Below are positions 28,605-36,023 of a DNA stretch of 63,014 nt, one piece after another. The notes beneath the pieces were generated by a model that saw only the letters and a list, made by a program, of their open reading frames with translations, was not told the origin of the DNA and did no database searches. The translations under genes were made by a program, and so were the position numbers. The stretch spans positions 1-63,014 of the forward strand of contig JAFSMX010000018.1 of assembly GCA_017447725.1 (NCBI GenBank). The letters run 5' to 3'. Numbering within the stretch: position 1 is the stretch's first letter; every line of letters starts with the position of its first letter. The DNA is from Bacilli bacterium. Its GTDB lineage: Bacteria > Bacillota_I > Bacilli_A > RFN20 > CAG-826.

Positions 28605-28689
28605 TCTGTTTCCTCTCCTTGCATTATGCTTTTTGTCATGGAATATTTTCCTTTTGACGATATTATTATAAAACTTTTTCCATTTCTTT

Positions 28690-28890
28690 TGTTTTACAAA
28701 GAGGTAAACAAATTCAAGTTTTAGTAAACAAATGGCAAAAGTTTACCTAATTTCGTAAACATTTTTAAGAAGAAAAATTTCATGAAATAATCGATTATGT
28801 CGAAATTTTTATTTATTCCTTATTAATTTTATTTATATAAGAAAGACAAACTCCCAAAAGGTTTACAAAATATTCTTGTTTGTTTATGTT
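28690..28890. promoter_or_regulatory. Divergent control region with five to six copies of a GTAAACA/TGTTTAC motif
   Basis: gtaaaca at 28704-28710, 28724-28730 and 28755-28761. gtttac at 28741-28746 and 28861-28866, with degenerate copies at ~28691 and ~28881. GTTTAC-N8-GTAAAC inverted pair at 28741-28760. Confidence 0.45.
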
Positions 28891-28912
28891 TTAAGAGGTT
28901 TAAAATAGAAAT

Positions 28913-29893
28913 ATGAAGATCAAAAACCTCGCCAAATTCTTCCTATTTATGCCTATGACAATTGCTTTATCATGCTGTAGTAATAACAGCAAAACAGACA
29001 CCTCATCTAATACCCCTCAACCAACATCATCAACCAGTAAGGAACAGTATCATTTTTTACCTGGTCCAGTTGATGTTGTCATTGTTTCGGGACAATCTAA
29101 TGGAGTTGGTATTTCTCATAACAACTGTATCACTCGATCGATTGGAGCAGCAGCTTATAGAAAGTATATGAACGGATTTGAAAATATCGGTATTGCTTAT
29201 GACTGCTGGACCAAAGAAAACAAATACGGAAAAAATGAATATTATTCACAAAACAAATGTAAGAATTTAGATTTTGTAAAAGTAATGCTTGGTCAAGGTA
29301 ATGGATCAACCACCTTTGGCCCGGAGATTGGTATTGCCGAAGAGCTCTCTGAATCACACGGAAATAGACTATTCATTATTAAATATGCTTGTGGAGCATC
29401 TAACCTCAAAGATGACTGGATGGAAAAGGATTCTCCAATGTATCCAAGATTTATTAACTTTATTAAGTTACAGATGGCAAATCTTGTTAAACATGGATGT
29501 GAACCAACTCTGAGAGCGTTCTGCTGGATGCAAGGTGAAGGAGATGCTTGGAAGACATATTATGAAAACAATCAATACGAAAATCATTTAGACAAATTTG
29601 TTGGAAATGTTCGTTCTGATCTAGCGGAGTACACCGGAGGCAATAATCTCGTCTTTGTTGATGCCACCATTAATGAAATGGATGGTGTATGGGATTATCC
29701 TAAAGAGATTAATGATTCCAAACGTTCATTCGCTGCAAAAAGCGAATACAATTTATTAATCGATACTCAAGCAGAAGGTTTACATACAGATCAAGAACCA
29801 TTTGATGAACCAGATTTATGTCACTACGACACAGAATCCCAAGTCAAACTCGGTCACTTATTCGCTCAAGCATTTAAACCATTCCTATCCTAA
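28913..29893 (+). CDS. Lipoprotein carbohydrate O-acetylesterase of the SASA/DUF303 (sialate O-acetylesterase-like) type
   Basis: Lipobox ALSCC, VSGQSNGVG catalytic-Ser motif, C-terminal CHYD. Confidence 0.7.
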   Translation: MKIKNLAKFFLFMPMTIALSCCSNNSKTDTSSNTPQPTSSTSKEQYHFLPGPVDVVIVSGQSNGVGISHNNCITRSIGAAAYRKYMNGFENIGIAYDCWTKENKYGKNEYYSQNKCKNLDFVKVMLGQGNGSTTFGPEIGIAEELSESHGNRLFIIKYACGASNLKDDWMEKDSPMYPRFINFIKLQMANLVKHGCEPTLRAFCWMQGEGDAWKTYYENNQYENHLDKFVGNVRSDLAEYTGGNNLVFVDATINEMDGVWDYPKEINDSKRSFAAKSEYNLLIDTQAEGLHTDQEPFDEPDLCHYDTESQVKLGHLFAQAFKPFLS

Positions 29894-29939
29894 ATTAAAA
29901 TTATATGAAAAAGAACAAAGTCCTTTTTTTATTATTAAT

Positions 29940-29967
29940 TTACATTTGCCCCCAAATGTAATATAAT
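29940..29967 (+). promoter_or_regulatory. Promoter with an embedded 8-bp inverted repeat upstream of the small RHH-like gene
   Basis: TTACAT (29940-29945), 16 nt, TATAAT (29962-29967). ttacattt (29940-29947) and aaatgtaa (29954-29961) are perfect reverse complements. Confidence 0.5.
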
Positions 29968-29985
29968 TTGGTCAGAGGTAAACAT

Positions 29986-30372
29986 ATGTTTAATCAACAA
30001 GAATACATCAATGATTTCATTAAAGATCATTACAAGACTCTTAAAATTAGGATTCGTAAAGATGATCAAATTTTAATGAACAAAATTTCTTCGGTTGATA
30101 ACATTAATCAATACATTATTTCATTAATTAATGAAGATATATACCGAAACCACAAATATAACTTCATCAATAATGATGTAAAGATCGATTTTGAACTTTC
30201 TAAAACAATGCAATATTTAGTCGATAAAGCCGAAAAGGCAGATATATTAAACGACTATGGATTATATATGAATCTTGCTGATGCAATTGACTCTCAAGCT
30301 AAAAAAGAGACAACCCATCACGAAATTAGTGAAAGTCAATGGAAACAATTAACAAAGAGATATTGCCTATGA
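29986..30372 (+). CDS. Small protein with an N-terminal ribbon-helix-helix-like region (putative DNA-binding)
   Basis: ATG at 29986 is preceded by agaggt. KTLKIRIRKDDQILMNKISSVDNINQYIISLINEDI fits a beta-alpha-alpha RHH pattern. The ORF-track start at 29968 is a TTG without an SD. Confidence 0.4.
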   Translation: MFNQQEYINDFIKDHYKTLKIRIRKDDQILMNKISSVDNINQYIISLINEDIYRNHKYNFINNDVKIDFELSKTMQYLVDKAEKADILNDYGLYMNLADAIDSQAKKETTHHEISESQWKQLTKRYCL

Positions 30373-30431
30373 TAAAAATGTACGTTTTTTCCAACTTCGT
30401 TTTAAGGAAATATTAGAAAAGAATTTGTAAT

Positions 30432-31055
30432 CTACTCAACAATCCACTTTAGATTGTCAATATTTGTATAAGCTTTATCCCAGCAATTATGGTCACATTC
30501 TGGGAAAAGATTAAACTCTACTTCTGCGCCAGCTTCTTTTAACCTGGCAACCATTCTCTTAGATTCTTCAGGATAGACCGCGGTGTCTTGTTCGCCATGG
30601 AAAATTTTGAATTTAATGTTTTTCATTCTCCAGGCGTTCCAATACATCCCTCCACCACAACAAACAAAAGCTTTGTTAAAGTATTCAGCTTTATTCATCA
30701 TAAGTTGATAGATGCCGTATCCGCCCATCGAAATACCTGAACCAGTAATTCGAGATTGATCAACGAAATCTAACTGACGAATATAATCAAAGAAATCCAT
30801 TAATTCATTAAAATCAGTAAACCATGTGTCATTATGACATTGCGGGAAAACACAGATTGCTTCACTTAATGGAGTATCTTCTTTATCTAGCAAAGCTAGA
30901 ATTGTGGAACCTTTGAACTCTTCAAAGTTTTCACCTCTTCCTCCAGATCCGTGAAGATGGAAGAAAAGAGGATATTTCTTCTTTGAATCAAATTTTTTTG
31001 GATAATAAATTAAATACTTTGTACTTCGAAAGATTTTCTTTTCTACATTAACCAT
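30432..31055 (-). CDS. Alpha/beta-hydrolase esterase (carboxylesterase/CE1-like)
   Basis: HLHGSGGRG, GISMGGYG nucleophile elbow, HGEQDTAV and a CDHN His. Confidence 0.7.
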   Translation of the reverse strand: MVNVEKKIFRSTKYLIYYPKKFDSKKKYPLFFHLHGSGGRGENFEEFKGSTILALLDKEDTPLSEAICVFPQCHNDTWFTDFNELMDFFDYIRQLDFVDQSRITGSGISMGGYGIYQLMMNKAEYFNKAFVCCGGGMYWNAWRMKNIKFKIFHGEQDTAVYPEESKRMVARLKEAGAEVEFNLFPECDHNCWDKAYTNIDNLKWIVE

Positions 31056-31806
31056 GGAGAAGACCTCCTTTTAAGACTTCTTTAGCAATTTTATTAAGTA
31101 TTGGTAATTCCTTTTCATCAACTGGAGGAGTTACATCGTCGTATGAATGACCTGATGGCCTAAATTTAGATACATCAATGCCTTTACCTAGGAAGTAATA
31201 AGCTAAAACATAACCTGTGAGTGTGCGTCCTCGTTCATTTAAATGAAATCCATCACGGTTTAATTCATCTCCATAGACTAAACGAGCTTGTTGAACAGCT
31301 TTTCCGCTTGGAATCACAAATGGAATATTAACTTCTTTAGAAACAACATCATAAGCATGGAAAATATCGTTATCCATGGTGTCTTGATCTAACGGGTCTT
31401 TTCCATACTTATGATGTTCATAGTATTTTCCATAACTCCAAGTCATGTGGAGAATAAATTTGGCATCAGTAAATTTACGAACTTCTTTTAAAAGTAATGG
31501 GAGTTCTGGATAGAAAGATTTTTCATCTCCAGAATCAGTACTAACTTGTTGAAAGGTAACGTAATCGTATTTAGTGTATTTTAAGCCTTCTTGGATGGAA
31601 CACCACATCGATGGGTTACGATTTCCATTGATATAGAACTCATATGCTTTTTCACCAGAAAGAATATTTTCATAGTGACGTTTGATTGGACAACCTCCGA
31701 TATATAAAACATAGATGTTAATTTCTTTTCCTGCTGCTTCAGCAATTTGATGAACATAAGTTGAGACATCAACACTAAAGGAGTTTCCAATCATTAAAAT
31801 ATTCAT
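31048..31806 (-). CDS. DUF4886-type SGNH-like hydrolase
   Basis: MIGNSFSVD (block I-like) and DGFHLN (DxxH block). Confidence 0.6.
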   Translation of the reverse strand: MNILMIGNSFSVDVSTYVHQIAEAAGKEINIYVLYIGGCPIKRHYENILSGEKAYEFYINGNRNPSMWCSIQEGLKYTKYDYVTFQQVSTDSGDEKSFYPELPLLLKEVRKFTDAKFILHMTWSYGKYYEHHKYGKDPLDQDTMDNDIFHAYDVVSKEVNIPFVIPSGKAVQQARLVYGDELNRDGFHLNERGRTLTGYVLAYYFLGKGIDVSKFRPSGHSYDDVTPPVDEKELPILNKIAKEVLKGGLLHG

Positions 31807-33485
31807 AACAATTCCTCAATATTTTTGAATAATATGGCGTTTTTGTTGGAGTTTTCTTCTTCAGAACGTCCGAGAAGAGAAACATAAATTTTTAGTTTTG
31901 GTTCGGTTCCACTTGGGCGAACAACAATACTTGATCCATCAGCAAAAATTAGTTTAATAACATTTGATTTTGGCAATCCATTTAGACCTTTGGAGTAGTC
32001 TAATAATTCTTTTACTTTAAGGTCTCCGATTTGAGTAACATCATGGCGGAATTTCTCCATAATGTCGTTCATCTTCTTAAATCCAGTTGAGCCGGTGAAT
32101 TCATATGATTTAAGGTAGTTACTATAATGGCCGAATTGTTTGTACAATTCATCTAACTTATCTAATAAGGAGATTCCTTTTGTTTTATAGTAAGTAAACA
32201 TTTCTACAATGAGGAATGCTCCATCAACAGCATCTTTATCGCGAACATAAGAGCCACTAAGATAACCATAAGATTCTTCAAATCCAAGAATATATGATTT
32301 TTCTTTTCCTTCTTTTTCAAGGAAGAGAACCTGTTCTCCAATAAACTTAAATCCAGTTAAGACTTCAAGAGTTTTGACTCCATAATAATCAGCGATTTTC
32401 TTCGCCATATCAGTTGTGACAATAGTCTTAATAAATACCGGATTTGCTGGTAATTTTTGGTGTTTAACTCTTTGAGAGCAGACATAATCAAGAAGGAGAC
32501 AACCAACTTGGTTACCACTCATTAAGACATAATCATTATTTTTATTTTTAACAGCGATGCCAACACGGTCACAATCCGGATCGGTGGCAACTAATAAGTC
32601 AGCATCGTATTTCTTGCAATATTGAATTCCGACCTGCATTGCTTCAGCAATTTCCGGGTTTGGATAAGGACAAGTTGTGAAGTTTCCATCTGGTTCTTCT
32701 TGTTCTTTGACAACAATGATGTTTTTATATCCAGATTCTTTGAGAATTCTTGTAACTGGTTTTAATCCGGTACCATGAAGAGGTGAGTAAACGATTTTGA
32801 CATCTTTATTTACTTCTTCATTAAATAACAAGGATTCTTCTTTGACACGATTAATAAATCTAGTTGTTAATTCATCATCAATGTATTCAACTTTTCCTTC
32901 TTTTAAATATGAATCAAAGTCTCCGTGCTGAACATCTTCAAAGATATCGAGCTTTTCAATATAAGAGAGAATTTCTGCTGCCGCATTAGTTGTAATCTGG
33001 CAGCCATCTTCTCCGTAGACTTTGTATCCGTTATATTTGGCTGGATTATGTGATGCGGTCACCATAATGCCGGCTGAGCAATGTAGTTCACGAACAGCAT
33101 AACTTAGACATGGTGTTGGCATTAACTCTTTATAAATAAAGACTTTTAGGCCATTAGCTGCAAAAACTTCTGCTGCAGTTCTAGCAAATACGTCAGACTT
33201 AATACGGGAGTCATAACTAATCGCAATACTGCCGTTTTTATAGTGTTCATTAACATAGTTTGATAATCCTTGAGAGGCTTTACGAATAACATAAATGTTC
33301 ATTCGATTTGTTCCTGCTCCAAGAACACCACGAAGTCCACCTGTTCCGAATTCTAAATCACAATAAAAAGCATCTTCAATTTTGCTTTCATCATCTTTTA
33401 TATCTTGAAGTTCTTTAACCAAGTCTTTGTCTTCGTTAACTTTGTTAACCCAGCGAAGATATTCGTTTGTTATCTTTTGATCCAT
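31803..33485 (-). CDS. Alpha-D-phosphohexomutase (phosphoglucomutase/phosphomannomutase)
   Basis: Active-site TASHNPAKYNGYK, metal loop DPDCDR, 560 aa. Confidence 0.9.
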   Translation of the reverse strand: MDQKITNEYLRWVNKVNEDKDLVKELQDIKDDESKIEDAFYCDLEFGTGGLRGVLGAGTNRMNIYVIRKASQGLSNYVNEHYKNGSIAISYDSRIKSDVFARTAAEVFAANGLKVFIYKELMPTPCLSYAVRELHCSAGIMVTASHNPAKYNGYKVYGEDGCQITTNAAAEILSYIEKLDIFEDVQHGDFDSYLKEGKVEYIDDELTTRFINRVKEESLLFNEEVNKDVKIVYSPLHGTGLKPVTRILKESGYKNIIVVKEQEEPDGNFTTCPYPNPEIAEAMQVGIQYCKKYDADLLVATDPDCDRVGIAVKNKNNDYVLMSGNQVGCLLLDYVCSQRVKHQKLPANPVFIKTIVTTDMAKKIADYYGVKTLEVLTGFKFIGEQVLFLEKEGKEKSYILGFEESYGYLSGSYVRDKDAVDGAFLIVEMFTYYKTKGISLLDKLDELYKQFGHYSNYLKSYEFTGSTGFKKMNDIMEKFRHDVTQIGDLKVKELLDYSKGLNGLPKSNVIKLIFADGSSIVVRPSGTEPKLKIYVSLLGRSEEENSNKNAILFKNIEELL

Positions 33486-33493
33486 AAGTTTAC

Positions 33494-34450
33494 CTACTCA
33501 AAGAATAGACATGCTGCACCAATTTTTCCGGTATCGTAACCAAGCTTAGAGATTTCGATACCAACCTTTGGTAATCCATCATATCCATAATGATATTTCT
33601 CACAGTGTTTAACCACTCTAGACAGGAGGAAATCTCCTGCTTTTGCAATTCCTCCAGAAAGAACAATGACTTCTGGTCGGAAGGCATTACAAATATCTAA
33701 TAATCCTTCTGCTAGATACATGCAGTAGTTATCAACAACTTCTAAAGCGTACTTATCGCCTTCTTTAGCAGCATCAAAAGAAACGCGAGCACTCATGCAT
33801 CCGTATTCTTCTAATTTTTTCCACATTAAAGAATCTTTATGTTGGTCCATCATGCGTTTAGTATCGCGGTTAAGAGCAGTTGCAGATGCATAGGCTTCAA
33901 AGCAACCACTACGACCACAGGTACATGGTTCTCCATCAAGTCTAAGCATGATGTGACCCAGTTCAGCTCCATATCCTTTATTGCCGGTGAGGAGTTTGTT
34001 GTTAGTGATAATTCCGCTGCCGACCCCTGTGCCTAAAGTAATCAAAACAAAGTCTTTGTGCTTCTTACCTGCGCCAAATTTATTTTCAGCTAAAGTAGCA
34101 GCTTTAGCATCGTTAATGATACGAACTTCAAAGCCTGTTCCTTCTTCCATCGTTTTTTGGATTGGAAGATGATTCCAACGTAAATTGTTAGAGTAGATAA
34201 CTTCTCCATTTACGGTATCAATTGTTCCTGGAATTCCAACACCAATTCCGAGGAGATTTTCCTTATTATAACCGTGAATTGCGGTATATTTTTTAATTTC
34301 GTCGATTAATTGTTCAATGATTTGTTCTTGTGTTTTTTCTTTATCTACATCAAAAGCAAACACATCTAAAACTTCACCTTCACTAGTGATAGCAGCACCC
34401 TTAATCGAGGTGCCTCCAATATCAACACCAATAGCAATTTCTTTTTTCAT
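33494..34450 (-). CDS. ROK-family sugar kinase (glucokinase/mannokinase-like)
   Basis: GVDIGGTSIKG and zinc motif CTCGRSGCFEAY. Confidence 0.85.
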   Translation of the reverse strand: MKKEIAIGVDIGGTSIKGAAITSEGEVLDVFAFDVDKEKTQEQIIEQLIDEIKKYTAIHGYNKENLLGIGVGIPGTIDTVNGEVIYSNNLRWNHLPIQKTMEEGTGFEVRIINDAKAATLAENKFGAGKKHKDFVLITLGTGVGSGIITNNKLLTGNKGYGAELGHIMLRLDGEPCTCGRSGCFEAYASATALNRDTKRMMDQHKDSLMWKKLEEYGCMSARVSFDAAKEGDKYALEVVDNYCMYLAEGLLDICNAFRPEVIVLSGGIAKAGDFLLSRVVKHCEKYHYGYDGLPKVGIEISKLGYDTGKIGAACLFFE

Positions 34451-34890
34451 TTTAGTAAATCCTTAATGATTTGTTTATTACGAATCGACATCTTTTCGGG
34501 CATATGTTTTAAATCATAAAATTTGAGAGATTTAACTTCTTCTAATTGAGGTTTCATTACTCCATGATATTTATGACAAGTGTAGACAAGATCCACACCA
34601 TAAATTTCATCCCCATTAAAGTAAACATAATGGGTTATTTCTCCAGAGTAGACTTTGAAAAGTTCTAATTCATCAGCAATTAAACCGGTTTCTTCTTTAA
34701 GCTCTCTACGAGCAGCATCTTCTGCGCTTTCCTTGAGGTCAATTCCGCCACCAGGAAAATCAAAGAAACCATCATCTGCTCTCTCTTCAAGAAGAACTTC
34801 ACCTTTTTCGTTGAACAAAATGACCACTGAATGAGGAAGAACTAGTGGCATATGGTTAGTACGTTTTCTTAACTCTTTTAGATAATCCAT
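34447..34890 (-). CDS. NUDIX hydrolase
   Basis: Nudix box GGGIDLKESAEDAARRELKEETGL. Confidence 0.85.
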   Translation of the reverse strand: MDYLKELRKRTNHMPLVLPHSVVILFNEKGEVLLEERADDGFFDFPGGGIDLKESAEDAARRELKEETGLIADELELFKVYSGEITHYVYFNGDEIYGVDLVYTCHKYHGVMKPQLEEVKSLKFYDLKHMPEKMSIRNKQIIKDLLK

Positions 34891-34891
34891 A

Positions 34892-35794
34892 TTAGACCTC
34901 AGAAATGATTAGTGTTCCTTTTCCTTTAATGTGACATGAATGTCCGTAAGGAAGGAAGAATGTATCAAACTTCTTATATAAGATACCATCAACTTCTCCT
35001 TCTCCATCAAGGAAAGTAAATGTGATGAACGAATTCTTGTTTGCAACTAGTTCAAGCTCGCGATTTAATTCAACGCGTTTAACAGTAAAATACTTGGATT
35101 TAGCCAGCAATTCTTGGTTAACTTGTGGTTTTTCATACTTTTTATAGTTAATGACATCTAAAGCCTGTTTAATATGAAGCTCACGGTAATTTCCGTTCTT
35201 GTCTTTACGTAAATAATCATATAAACGATAGGTGATATCAGAGTTCTGTTGAATCTCGATTAAACGAACTCCTTTACCAATCGCGTGGATTGTTCCAGCT
35301 TCAATAAAGAATGTATCTCCAGGTTTAACTTTAAAGAAGTTTAATAGATCAAGAATCGTTCCGTTGTTTAATGATTCTTCAACTTCTTTTCTTGAGTAAT
35401 CTTTCTTGAAACCAACATATAAGCCACATCCTTCATCAGCGTTGATGATGTGCCACATTTCGGTTTTACCGAAAGAGTTGAGCTTATTTATTGCGTACTC
35501 ATCCGATGGGTGAACCTGTACAGAAAGATTTTCTTTAGCGTCAATTAGTTTAATTAATAATGGGAAAAATGGCATCTGATCAGCGACTGGACCAATATCT
35601 TCTTTAGATAAAATTTCATCAAGTCGTTTTCCTTTGTTCTTACCTGAATCAATAATCGAAGAATCTAAACCACGAACAGAAAGTTCCCATAGTTCAGAGA
35701 CCACATCTAAATCAATATTTTTGAATTGTTGAAAATATGACCCACCCCAAATGTAAGATTTAACAACTGGTTTTAATTTCACTACCATTTCCAT
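34892..35794 (-). CDS. manA: Mannose-6-phosphate isomerase, class I
   Basis: YIWGG, SVQVHPSD, TEMWHI and IEIQQNSD motifs, ~300 aa Firmicute type. Confidence 0.85.
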   Translation of the reverse strand: MEMVVKLKPVVKSYIWGGSYFQQFKNIDLDVVSELWELSVRGLDSSIIDSGKNKGKRLDEILSKEDIGPVADQMPFFPLLIKLIDAKENLSVQVHPSDEYAINKLNSFGKTEMWHIINADEGCGLYVGFKKDYSRKEVEESLNNGTILDLLNFFKVKPGDTFFIEAGTIHAIGKGVRLIEIQQNSDITYRLYDYLRKDKNGNYRELHIKQALDVINYKKYEKPQVNQELLAKSKYFTVKRVELNRELELVANKNSFITFTFLDGEGEVDGILYKKFDTFFLPYGHSCHIKGKGTLIISEV

Positions 35795-36023
35795 ATTTTC
35801 ATAACTAATCTTTGATACGTTTCATATTCTCAGTGAAACTATCATTTTCATCAGTTAAATATTTTATATATTTCCCTAACGAAATTAAATAAGAACTAAA
35901 AAGTAACAGCATATTATAATTAATTTGCTGTTGTAGTTTGATGATTTTAAAATTTCAAAAATTTTTGATGTTTATCCAAGAATTGCTGGATTTTTTAATG
36001 GAGTTTTAATTCTTGTTTTTTTA

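Noticed and set aside
34447-34890. The NUDIX hydrolase as part of a defence or NAD-depletion system.
   Set aside because: It overlaps and is co-oriented with the ROK kinase and ManA genes in a sugar-catabolic operon, and it is a minimal 147-aa Nudix. A metabolic or house-cleaning role, for example on nucleotide-sugars, is the simpler explanation.
35811-35822. tgatacgtttca upstream of manA, considered as a CcpA cre site or LacI operator.
   Set aside because: It is one nucleotide short of the 14-nt cre consensus spacing (TGWNANCGNTNWCA) and only 5/6 palindromic. A single weak occurrence is not sufficient.
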